Below are positions 21,818 through 33,729 of a stretch of DNA of 64,000 nucleotides, piece after piece. The stretch is from Hyaloraphidium curvatum SAG 235-1 (Eukaryota; Fungi; Monoblepharomycota). Both the position numbers and the translations under genes were made by a program. Below the pieces are notes generated by a model that did no database searches, had not been told where the DNA came from, and saw only the letters and a program-made list of their open reading frames with translations. The stretch is from NCBI GenBank assembly GCA_025558095.1, contig JAIVFI010000040.1, positions 1-64,000 of the forward strand, given 5' to 3'. Numbering within the stretch: the stretch's first letter is position 1; every line of letters starts with the position of its first letter.

Positions 21818-22649
21818 TCGGCCCCCGAGCGGCGCGGGACTCTGGCTTTGGGGATCGGGCGCCGCACGGCACGGCGCGTTGACTTGGGCGGGGCTGTGGG
21901 TCGGATCGGCGCGGGCGGCCGCGTTTGGAGCGCGGGGAGCGCGACGTAACCTTACCATGTTGGCATTCTCACCGTTGTAAACTTGGCTCGAGGGACGAAT
22001 TTGGCTTCGGGGTTCCGGGCTCGCCGCCGGGGACGGCCTGGGAAGCCTCGCGACCCTGGCAGGCTTGTCTTCAAAAAGAGACAATATCGGGGACAGAAAA
22101 GCGATTGTCACGCCGCATACATTAGCCGTTCCCGCGCGAGGGTGGTTTCGGCGGCCCGACCCCCGTTGCATCCGGCATCGCCCTTTCTTTGTGTGAAGTT
22201 CATATCCGCAGCACCAACGTCGGCCCGCACATCCCGGACCGAGCACCCATCCCGCCGTCTCCGCATGCGCACCAACTGGAGATGACCCTGCGCGCGTTCC
22301 GCGGGTCTGGAAGCGACGATCGCGGCCGACGACCGGGGGTACTCCAGCCACGGCGGCTGGTCTCGCTGACGCCCGGCCGCGCGCGTTCCCCGGCCGGTTG
22401 CGCACAGAACACCGGGCCGTCCCGCAGGAAGCTTCCCCAGAGCTTTTTGATGGACCTGCGGGGTGGCCGACGGGCGGATGTCGGGGGGAACGGGCCCGTT
22501 CCGCGGGCTTGGGACGCCGGCTGCGAGGCTCCGAGGACCCCCGGCAATCCCAGCCGCCCCCGGGCATGGTGCGAGCACCAAAGCCAAATCTCCGCGCGTC
22601 TCACAGCCATTCCCCGCTCAGGCAACCCCCGCGCGCCCCTCGGCGCACC

Positions 22650-23600
22650 ATGGACCCGCTCCCCGACCCGTCCCGCGCCCCCGCCCGCGCCGGCCCCGCG
22701 CCCGCTGCGCCGCAACCCGCGGTGCTCGCACCAACCCCGGGCGGCCCCCCTCGCATCTCTCCGCCCCCGCAGGCATTATTCATCCCCGCCCCCGGCCCGA
22801 TCCCCGCCCCCGCGCCCGGCCGCCCCCGCCACGCGCACGCGGCCGCGATCCCGGCGGAGCACTACTCCCGCGGGGGTGCGGAGCGGTTCCGCTGCGTCGT
22901 GGGCGGGAGGCTGTTCGACCTCGATGCCGCGCTGGGCGCGGCAGAGGTGCGCGAGGGCGAGATGCGGCGGTGGGCGCACTACGCGCGGCCGCTGCGGGAG
23001 GGGCCGGGAAAGGAGGGCTCGAGGGGGCGGTTCGAGGTGCGTCCGGTGCTGCGGCGCCCGTAATGCATGCATGTGCTCATGCGCGCCGCGTGGCAGCACG
23101 AGTTCAACGTGCAGCTGTGCAAGCTGGTCACCCTGAACCCCTGGCTCGCCGGCGAGGACCGCGGCATCCGGAGCCGCATCGTCGAAGCGTACCGCAACAG
23201 CCACCCTGCCGGGCTGTTTGCGAGCCGCCGCGCCAAGCAGCGCATCCGGCGCGACCGGACGCGGTCCGCGGGCGCATCGATCGCGGGCAGCGCGGCGTCG
23301 AGCGCGTCGAGCAGCCCGACCATGGCGTGGGCCCATGCTACGTGGCCGCCGGTGCCGTGCATGCATCCCGATACGGTGGTGGGCAGCGCGCCGGCGATGC
23401 TGGTGTTTGGCCCGCCTCCTCCGACCGCGCTCGCCGGTGCGCCGGCCTCCCCGCCGGCCGCGCGTTCGCCCCCTTGCGTCACCGTGCCCTGGACGATGCA
23501 CCGCGCGGTGCCCATCCCTCCGAACCGATCCCCTTCGCTGGACATGCTCGCCGCCGTCGCGCTCGGGACTGATCGCCCTCCGGACTCGCGCGCACAGTGA
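22650..23600 (+). CDS. Hypothetical Pro-rich protein, possibly regulatory (cluster gene 7)
   Basis: Intron 23037-23096 joins ORFs 22398-23063 and 23067-23600 (RFE|HEFNVQLCKL); basic patch RRAKQRIRRDR; C-terminal LDMLAAVAL. Confidence 0.68.
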
Positions 23601-24021
23601 CTTTGCACCCTCATTCAATCGACCGCATGCCGCACGCACCCATACCCAATGTAGTTTGCCACCGCCGTAGCACCCCATAGCATTCCCTGTAGATAGCAAG
23701 TTGATTAGCCAACCGTGTCCGTCTGTGCCGCGAGACCGCAGCTGTCAGACTGTGCCATGGGGGTGAATCGTGCGCAGGGGCGTAGAGGACCATGTCGGCA
23801 CGGGGGCAGAAAACAAGCATCTCGTTGGTTCCCAATTCATGGATGTCGCACCCCTGGTCCCTGTCCGAACATCCGGGACCCACGGCGGGCGGCTTCTACT
23901 CGAGGGCTCTTTGAGGTCGGGCCCTGCGGCCGCCGCCCACTCCCACTCCCCAACCGCCTTCGTTCCGACCGCCGCCAACCCCTCCGAAGCACCTCGGGCC
24001 CCGCCGACCGCTACTCTGCCC

Positions 24022-26996
24022 ATGGCGTCAGGCGCCGACGATCCCGTGCTCGCCGCGGGCGCCGACGTCGCGGAGCGCGTGGCGGACGCGATCCCCGCCG
24101 TGCCGGACGCGTCGCCCGACGGCGACCCGCTCCCCGCGACGGTCGACAAGATCGCGCTGGGCCAACTGGAGAACCCGCCGGTGCCGCCGGGCGCGTTCGT
24201 GCCGTACGTCGACGTGGAGCAGCCGAAGCGGCGCGGGACGTACGTGCTCGGGGAGCTGGACGTGACGAAGGAGCGGGAGCCGTTCCCGCTGCCGCCGCCG
24301 CCGCGGTCTCGGGACGGGCAGGCGCTGCGGTCGCGGCTGCGGCTGTTTGCGCCCAACCCGCTGGCCGCGGAGAGCGCGTTCGCGACGACGGACGAAGGAC
24401 GCGCCCTGCTCGACGAGCTCATGGCCAAGAACGACGGACAGAAGTTCGACCCGCTGCCGACTTTCAAGTAGTGCGTTTGCGGCGCGCAGGGCTCTCCCAG
24501 GGGCCGGGGCTGACCTCCCGCCGGCAGCATGATGGGCCGCCGCTGGGAACGGTTCAAGAGCGGCGAGTACGCCGCCAGCAAGACCGCGTCGCGGCTTTGG
24601 ACGCTCTTCTTCATCTTCATCGGCCTCCTGTTCGTGGTCACGGCCATCATCAACCTGATCACCTCCCAGCGGGGCCAGGAAATCGACCAGGAAGCGGCCC
24701 AGGTGGCCATCTCCCAATGGGTCTTTGGCGTCGTCATCGTCATCATCCTGCCGTGGTTCTTGATGGGGCGCAATGTGGGGCTCTCGCGGTATCCCGCGGT
24801 GGCGTAGAGGTTTTGACGACGCTCCACAATTGCAGACCAGCTCGTTCGTCAAGTTCATCTTCCTCACGATCGACGTCTACGCCCTCTGCACCTTCATCAT
24901 CAACCTCGTCTTCCTGAAGCGCGGCATCCCGGCCTCGGAATGGTCGAGCAACGCCGAGTACAAGCAGGCGACGACCGCGCTGGGCATCACCGCCCTCGTC
25001 CTCATCCTGCTCTCGCTCATCAACTGGCTGCTCCTCACCAAGATCTTCCCCTGGGCCCTGGAATCGGGCAAGATCGACGACCGCACGGCGACCTGGATCT
25101 GGGGCATCAAGCCCGCGCCGGACATGCCCCGCTGGACCTACACCTACCGCATCTCCGAGGCCGGGACCTTCGGCTCCCTGCAGACCCGCACCTTCACGTA
25201 CAGGGGCCAGGTGCACCCGGCGAGCGGCCGCGCGCACGGGCTCGGGGAATGGCTCGACGACTCGGCGCGGGGCGAGTCGCTCATCGGCTTCTTCCGCGAC
25301 GGCGTGCCCCTGGCGCCCTTCAGCTCCACCATCTACGCCTCGGGGTCGGCGTTCACGGCCACCCGCATCGGGCTGTACAGGAACAACGGGGCGGCGTGGA
25401 ACGCGGGGCAGCTCAGCCCGCGGCGGGACCCCAACGGCGCGGCGGTCGGCGTGGCGGGGGTCGAGGTGTCGATCGCGGGGGCGTTCCAGAAGACGCTGCC
25501 CGAGGCGAGGATGGTCATGGAGCCGGCGTACGTGTCGCCCGAGAGCGAGAAGATGATGATGGAGCATATGGGGCAGGAGCTCAAGGCGGTGGCGAGCGAC
25601 GAGTGCGTCTGTGGGTGTCTTGAGGGCGAGCTGGCGCCAGATCGGGCCATGCTGAAGCAGCGAACGGCGTTGCAGGCTACATTCATGGCCTGTGGAACAC
25701 GTGCGAGACCGCCTTGGACGAGATTGGGTTGGTCTTGCCGGGTCGACACCGTCAGCAAAGCCACTGACCCGCGATCTCCAGGCAATTCAGGGCGCTGGGC
25801 GGCTATCCCAAGACGATCAAGTGGTTCGTCTTCGACTGGCCGGCCGGGCTGTACCCGTGGGCCTCCTTCTTCACCGTGCGCAGGATGAGCAAGGACCGGG
25901 GGGTGAAGGAGGACCTGCGGGACTTTGTCAAGCTCCTGACGAGGCAGGGGTTCCGCAAGTTCCACTTCATCGGGCATTCGTGGGTCTTGAGCCTGTTTGC
26001 GCCGTTCTTTTGCCGGAAAATGTGATCAATCGCTGCCAACAGGATGGGCTGCCGCATCACGTGCCACTTGACCGAGTTCATCGGCGAGCTCTTCCAACCT
26101 CTTCCAGAATCCGGAATCCCGGTCGACACCTCCCTCCCCATATGCTCGACGATCACGCTCATCCACGGCGAGATGGATCTGGTCGATGTGTGGCCGCTCG
26201 GGCACGCAGGCCGCCAGAGAGCTCGCTGATGCCCCTCTCCTCTCCAGTTCATCACCATCAAGTTCCCCATCCTCCGCCAATATTGCCCCGTCATCACCTC
26301 GTACACCGACGCGGCCGACCAGGCCCTCGACCTCGCTGAGCTCCTCACGGGCCGCCTGATGATGGGCAAGAACCCCGAGGCCTACTTCGTGGACCCGCTG
26401 TCGCGCAACGTCGGCGTCGGTTCCGCCTTCGACATCACGCAGGAGGCGCGGATCGAGCTCCAGGAGCTCGTGAAGCTCGACGGCGGGATTCCCGGGGCGC
26501 TGCCGGCCGGCGTGCTGGAGACCGCGCGGACCATGCACCGGACGGCGAGCGAGGCGGCCGCTTCCGCTTCGGGCGACGGCCACGTCTCCATCCCCATGGA
26601 CGATCTCGTCGCGGCCAGCGCGTCCGCAGCGCCGGCCACGTCGGCGGCGCCGGGTGACGAGCCCCAGTTCCGGCGCAACACCAAGTACGCCTCGGTGTCC
26701 TCGCTCAAGGAACCGCACGTCAAGATGTGGCTCGACCTGGACGTGATCGACAACTCCTTCCTCGACACCAACGCGTCCGCCGTGCGGCACAGCATCTTCG
26801 TGAGTCTTTTGATGCCGAACCGGGGCGAGCTTCCCCTGAATCTCCGCGCTCGCAGGTGCTGAACCGGAGCCTCATCGACGACATATCAGAGATCATCCTG
26901 AAGGGCCACCGCGCCGCGCAGCGGAGCCAACGCCTGATCCGCAGGACGGGAAACCTGTTCTACTTCCTCTGCGCGCCGTCCTTCGTCAGCATCTAG
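24022..26996 (+). CDS. Membrane-anchored alpha/beta hydrolase (DUF900-like), about 8 exons
   Basis: Four N-terminal TMs; spliced motifs CYIHGLWNT, FDWP, HFIGHS|MG (nucleophile elbow split by an intron), D.ALDLAE and RHSIF. Introns include 24471-24527, 24775-24835 and 25611-25675. Confidence 0.82.
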
Positions 26997-27248
26997 TGCA
27001 AATGGGCAGAGCCAAGAGAGGATATTCCCGGCGGCTTTGGGCACGGCTTTGTGTGCGGAAGCGTGAAGAATATGAGTTGAAGATACCCTAATCTCTGTCG
27101 CGAATACAGGCTGACTTCAGCTCACCCCACCGTGCGGAGAGACAGGCCGTCCAACCCCATCGAACCCGTGCTCCAGAAAGCAGCACCGACCGGCATCCCC
27201 CGTATCTACCCTAGTTCTAGAACGGAATACCCGCGGCCCGGATCGCCG

Positions 27249-30200
27249 TCACTCCTCTCCCGAGCTCCCCGGACCGACCAGCGGGATCTCGACCAGATCC
27301 TCCCGCGCCTGGAGCCCCTCTGCCGAACATCCGCGCGTCAGCCCGTCCCTCCACCCCCGCCCCGCACGGAACCCACCGATCTCCTTGACCGACAGCCCCG
27401 CCAGCGACCCCTCCAGCCCCCTCTCCACCGCCCCCCTCGCCCTGCTCTGGTCCACCATCCCCTTGAACACCCTGTGCAGCTCCCTGATCCACAGCCCCCA
27501 GCTGTCGGCCATGGTTCCGAGCCAGTTCAGGCACGTGAGCACGTCCTGCTCCGCGTCCTGGATCAGCGACGCGTAGCCGTCGGCGGCCTCGCTGCCCGGG
27601 GGGGAGCGCGCGAGCAGCTCGCGGTACCGGTTCTGGATCGCCAGGTGGAGGCAGCCGATCCGGAAGGCGGTGTTGACGTAGCCGATGCCGCAGTACATGA
27701 GGGAGGGGTTGTAGGCCATGATGTTGTCGAGGTTGCGCGTGTAAAGGATCGCCTGTGGGTAGCATTGTGTCAGTACTTGTTTTGCACCGGCCGACACAGC
27801 GACCCACGTCCGAAAGGCTGCTCGTGAACTTCTCCCCCAACCACCACTCGTCCACGATCCTGTGCATCTCCGTCACCGGCAGCACCCCGAAGCTCGTGTC
27901 CAGCTCCAGCCTCAGCGCGCGCATCTGCACCATGTTGAGTATCGGCAGGAAGCAGTAGCCCCAGTGCCCCGCCTCGGCGTGGTAGTAGGGCGCGACCTCC
28001 GAGACCTCGGCGCGCTCCTCGGCCGCGCGGTAAGGGGCGGGGAGCATCTCCATGCTGTCGGCGATGGTACGCCGCAGGCGCTCGAGGATGGCGTGGAGCT
28101 CCGCCGCCTGCGGGGAGGAGGAGGGGGGTGGCAGCGTGGACGGGCTTAGCCCGTGGGCCTTGAGGCGCTCCAGGAGGTCGTCCACCTCCTCCCGCAGCGC
28201 CCAGAAGCACACCGTGGCGGTGACCTCGCCGAACACGGGGGCCAGCTTGATCAGCGCGGCGGCGCGGTCGGGGTCGGAGGGGTCCATTTCGATCCAGGAG
28301 GTGTAGTCGGTGATGCGGAGCGGCGAGGGCGGGTAGGCGTCGGGTTCGAAGTCGTCGCGCGCCGAGAGCACGTCCCACACGCGGAAGGGACACTGCATCC
28401 GCACGTCGTTGCAGTCGCGGTAGGTCATGTTGGTCGCGCTGTGGCTGACCGAGCGAGCGAAGCTGTCCCAGAACATCAGCAGTCCGGACCAAGTTACCTT
28501 CAAGGAACGACGCACCTGCCAAGCATCACCAGTTGGAACGTCACCCTCCTCCTCTGCTCCCTCTCGATCCACTCTGCCACCCTATCCTCCCTCGACCCCA
28601 GTATCGGCCCGGCCGGCTCCCTGTCCATCTTCCACCTCCTCACCAGCGCAAACGCCACCCCGTACATCCCCCTGCCGAGCTTCCCCATCCCCGCCTGGAT
28701 GCACCACGTCGCGAGCAGCACGAGCCCCACCAGCGCCTCCATCTTCCACCGCGGCACCCTGTCCGGCCCCCCGGGCGGCGGCGGCGGCCCCGCGGCCTCG
28801 TTGTAAAGCTGCACCACGTGTCCCCTGCACAGGGCAAACAGCTCGCCCTCGAGGCGGCCGCGGTTGTCGCGGACGGAGGGGTGCAGCGCCCAGATGGCGC
28901 CGTTGAGGAGGACCGAGGCCAGGAGGAGCGGGTGCGCGGAGGGGTAGGTGCGTACGAATGTGTGGGGGTGCACGATGGGGAGCATGGGGTGGTAGCGGTC
29001 GAAGTAGAGGGCAAAGAGCTCGAACATGGCGGCTGGCGGGCAGCGGAGCGGTCAGCGCGGTGGTCGCGAATAAGGGCGGGGAGGAACTCACGGTCCTCGA
29101 GCCAGGTGGCCTTGCCGAAGCGCGGGCCGAGTAGGTTCCATCCTGTGCGGATGGGCGGCTCGGCGGGCACCTCGGACCTGGCCTCGGCGACCGAGACGAA
29201 GTCGTCAAAGTCCATCTCCATAGACGCCCCCGACGACGCGGGGGGCAGGTGGATCTTGCCCGGCCACCTGCGCGCCAGAAAGTCCGCCATGCGGTCCGCC
29301 GGCGGCGCGTCCGAGGGGGGCGAGGGGGTGTTGGGGTGCTCGGGGCCCGAGAGGCCAAATGCCGATGCGGGGACGGAAGGGAAGGAGTAGGTCACAGGGT
29401 GCTGCCCCGCCGCGAAGCCGACGAGGTCCAGCTGCTGCGACGGGCTGGGTATGGAGACCGAGGAGGCGGAGGAAGGGGAGCCGAGCGCGTTCGGGGCCAT
29501 GAGGCCGGCCGTGGCCAGGCTGGGGGTTCCGCGGGCCGACTTGATCGAGCCGTCGCCCGTGGTGCTGGACGGGACCGAGTCGGTCCCTTCCACGAGCTCG
29601 AAATCGTCCCCCGAAGAGGGCGAGTCGTCCGAGTCCTCATCCGACTCATCGCCCGAGCCCGACTCGCCCGGGCGGGCCCTGGAGCGTTTCCGACGGCCGG
29701 AGTTGGAAGGCTGGCTGGAGGCCTGCCTCGGGGTGTTGGTTTTGCGGTCCACAAAGACGCACACGAGGCCTCTGCAGGGCGGGAGGCCGTTGGGGCGGGG
29801 CGGCAGGCGGAGGAAGGTGGTGTCAGCGGTTGCCAGAAGGAGCGATACGCCGGGAAACGCGGCCGCCAGAATATTCCATCGCGTGCGAAGATATTCCGGC
29901 GGCTCTGGAGCGCGATGGAGCCCCCTCGACACGGCGATGGCGGCCGCCCGGCACGGCCGCCCCCTGCAGTCCCCGTCGACGGCCCCCGCCCCCCCACGCG
30001 ACGCACCTCGTGCGGCACATCTCGCAGGCGTCTTTTCCGTCCTCGGGGCCCTCGCAGAAGCGCTTCGAGGCCCTGCAGTTGACGCAGGCGATCTTGCGGC
30101 GCTCCGGCTTGGGCAGCGGGTCACGGTGCAGCGGGCCCTGGGTCGCGGCCCTCTGCGGCGCGCCGTCGTACACGCACACGACGCCCTTCAGCTTGCAGCG

Positions 30201-30341
30201 GCCGCACATCGGCAGCGCGGTGTCGCAGAAGCGGCGGTCGTCGTGGCAGCTGCGGCACGCGCGCTTCTTCGTGCGCGGCGGCCCCGCGGCCGCCCCGCGC
30301 CCGCCGCCCGCCGCTCCGCCGTCCGCGGCCGCCGCAGACAT
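27249..30341 (-). CDS. Transcription factor with two Zn2Cys6 clusters and a fungal TF middle homology region
   Basis: CRSCHDDRRFC..CGRCKLKGVVC and CVNCRASKRFC..CEMCRTR|GLVC (intron 29772-30006); LYFDRYHPMLPIVHPHTF; EREQRRR. Confidence 0.88.
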
Positions 30342-31411
30342 CGCTGCCGCCGCCCGCCGCGCGCGTGCTTCGCTCGTTCCGACTCGACGCCGCCGAAAGC
30401 CCTTACGATCGCCGATGGCGCTTCGCCCGCAACGCCGCTCGCGTCGGCCCGCCCGATCGCGCCTCGGAGTTGCTGGCCGCGCGCTCGCCGGCCTCGTTCC
30501 CGGGTGTCCGGCAGCGGAGGGTCTCCCGTGCCGCCAGGGTCGCTGTGCGGTTCGGGACGGGATGCCGCGGGCCGCAGGTCTGGGCCGGCCGACAGCCGGA
30601 ACAAACACCGCCCACAGCTCGCCGGGGCAGCCGCCGCACCCGCAGCCCTCGCGTTGGTCGGACGGCCTTCAATCGCCTTCGTTAGCTCCGCAGCCAGGCT
30701 CCCCGTGCGCATCCGCCGCAACTGGCAACCGGAGCAATTTAGTCTCCGCCACACCATAGATCCAGGCCAAGAACCCGTTGCGGCACGCAGTTTCCGCCGA
30801 GCCGAACCGCGTCCCGATCCCAGCCCCGCCGTCCGCGTCGCCGCCCCCAGGACGCTGGGATGCGGAGGCATCGCCGATCCGATCCTGTTCTGCTGGGGGC
30901 GAAACGGCGCCGTCACCGTGCCCTTGCATCCGGCCGCCCGATCGTCGGGGTCTGTCGTCCGCTTCGGGCGACGTTTCTCCGACTCCCGCCCACTCCATTT
31001 GTCTCCCCCCTCCGCGGCCGATAGCCGTGCATACTGTTCACGGCAGCTGCGCGGGCGCAAATCATGCGGAAGGGACCGCTTACGCGGCGCGTTCCAGGGT
31101 CTCCCGCTGGATCCCGCCTTCCATACCGGGCGGGATTGCATCGCCGCACCGCCATGCCCTCGCGAATATTCGCCATCGGGCTGCCCCGCGTACTGGCGCC
31201 AGGGCTGCGTGCGGGGACACATCACCGCGGGACCGACAGTGCGATGCGGCCGCAGCTCCTCGGACTTCGCGGTCGCCCGGGAGGCCGCCGCCGCTTCGGG
31301 GCAGCTGTAACGGGCGGCGTCGAAAACAGCGTGGCGCAGCGCCACGTCCTGTATGCCGACTCAGCTGGCGCGGCGGGACAACCGGTGGAACCCCCATGCC
31401 CGCAAAGGCCG

Positions 31412-31943
31412 TCAGCCCAGGGCCCCCACGAACAGTGCCGTCTGAAACATGGCCTCGTATTCCTCCGGAGCGGCGACCTCCACCTCGAACATCATGGTCG
31501 TGAAACCCTCACCGGACGCGAGGTACTCCTTGCGCGCTTCCTCGTCCTGCCAAGGTTCCTCGGGGTCCCACAGGTGCGCCCAGAAGCGGATATCGTCCCG
31601 GGCTTCCTCAGACATCCAGCGCTGGCAATGGAAGCCGACGTCCACGATGAACTTCACTTTGGTGCCGAACGCCAGCAGCCTCTGACGCCGCGCCGCACGT
31701 CCTTCGACAGGGAGCGTCGGCAGCGGGTTGAAAAGCTCGATCTCCTCCAGCCCCGCGCCGGCGACCTGCGCCACGGCCCCGGTGGGAAACAGCGCCAGGC
31801 GGAGCTACTTGACCCCTGCCAGCCTCGCCATCTCGAGCACCCCGCCCTCCTTGCCGGCGTAGGGCCCGTACACGTGCACCTTGCGCACGGCCTCCATCAG
31901 TCGCCGCTGCTGGGGCGGGACGGCGCGGCGGTGCATGTACATG
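31412..31943 (-). pseudogene. Family A remnant, C-terminal half only, with in-frame stop
   Basis: LRLALF..AGLEEIELFNP..LLAFGTKVKFIV..FW matches the family A C-terminus; in-frame TAG at 31805-31807. Confidence 0.7.
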
Positions 31944-32010
31944 TCCCATGCCTCCGGCCTGATTCTCGGCACGGTGCCTTTGCGATCTTCTCTTGAACCG
32001 ATTTACACGC

Positions 32011-33536
32011 TCACTCCTGGAAGAACTTGACGATCCCGCGGGCCACCTCGCCCTTGCGCAGCGCCTCAAAGCCCTCGTTGATGCTGTCCAACGTGTACAC
32101 CTTGCTCACGAGCTCGTCAAGCATGACTTTCTTTTGCTGGTAGAGGTCCAGGATGCGGATCATGTCCAAAGCAGGCCGGGCGCTGCCGTAGAACGAGCCC
32201 TTGAGGATCTTCTCCTGCATCGAGAGCTGGAACGTCGGGATGGAGGCCGTCATCGTGATCGCTGGGCGGATGGGACGTCAGCCGAACATTCCCCGGCGCC
32301 GGCACAAACACCCACGGCTCACGCCGACCTCGACCGCCGTCCCGCCGACCCTGATCGCCTGGAAGCACTGCTCGAGGACCTTGCCGAGGCCGATGGCGTC
32401 GAACGCGTAGTCGGCCCCCGCGCCGCCCGTGAGCTCGCGGATCCTGGCCACCGCGTCCTCCTTGCCGCCGTCGATCACGTGGGTGGCGCCGAATTGCTTG
32501 GCTGTGGGTTGAACCGCGATTACTTACGCCAGAAATAGTGAAATGTCGCGAAGGACCCACCGTACTCGAGCTTCTGCGGCAGAAGGTCGACGCCGATGAT
32601 CTTGCCCGCCGAGAGCATCCTCGCGCCCTGGATGATGTTGAGTCCCACGCCGCCGCAACCAAAGACGACGACCGACGAGCCCGGCTCTGGAGGCGGCGAA
32701 TCAGCGAGGCAAGGATGGGCTCCACGGCGCATACCGACCGACTTTGGCCGTGTTCATGGCGGCACCGACGCCAGTCATGACGGAGCAGCCGACAAGTGCG
32801 GCGCGGTCCAGGGGGATCGACTTGTCGATGGGGAGCAGCTGTTCCTGGTCTGGTGCCCGGGTCAGTACTGTACGACGAACTCGTGGCGTGGTGAGGCACT
32901 GACCAATGACAGCATACTCGCCGTAGCACGCGAGCCCGGCCATGTGGAGGCTGAGCAGGAACATGATCAGGCGACGAATCCGGTGCGACGCCGAAAAGGA
33001 CCCCACCAGGACGCCCCCGACTTGGCCAGCTTCGCCCGCCTCGTCCCGTCGAGCAGCGTCCCCGGCGCCCTCCCGTTGTGTCCTTGGCAAATCATAGGCC
33101 GCCCCGTCTGGCATTCCCCGCACCGTCCGCACGCGTGCTTGAAGAGGAGAACGACGTGGTCGCCTTCCTTGACGCGGGTCACGGCGGAGCCCGTCTTGAC
33201 GATCACACCGCTGCCCTCATGGCCGAGGATATGAGGGTCGGTTTCGGGGGTGACGGCCCAGTCGCCCTTGATGATGTGCTCGTCGGAGAGGCAGATCCCG
33301 GCGGTCGCGACCCGCACGAGGCACTCGGTCGCTGCCGGAACGGGTCAGCGCCCCCATCACCTCGCCGACCGCGCGCACCCACGCTTGGGCTCGTCCAGCT
33401 CGATGTCGACGACTTGCAGCGGCGTCTTGTAGGCCGTCAAGACGGCGGCGCGGCATTTGAACGGAAAGGTGAGCTCGTCGCCCTTGGGCGTCGGCGCCGT
33501 CGAGGTGACCACGGGGGCGGCGTCTCCGGACGGCAT
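32011..33536 (-). CDS. Zinc-dependent (MDR) alcohol dehydrogenase, 6 introns
   Basis: GICLSD, ILGHEGSG, CGRCGEC..C, GCSVMTGVGA, FGCGGVG, GADYAFDAIG and EKILKGSFYG across exons. Confidence 0.92.
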
Positions 33537-33729
33537 TTTTGAGCGCGAGGTCGAGGGAGACGGCGGACAGATGCCTAGCGAGGGTGTAGACGGGCGTCGA
33601 CAGTGAGAGGATGGGGGACAGACGTGGCAAAGCTCCGCAAAGGCTCAATGGTGCTTCGTACCCCAACGGGCCTACGGACAGGGACATCAAGCAGCATTCA
33701 CAATGATGCGGATTCAGCTGCGTGGCACG

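Noticed and set aside
31805-31807. In-frame TAG as stop-codon recoding
   Set aside because: TAG terminates many intact genes in the window, and this copy also lacks its N-terminal half
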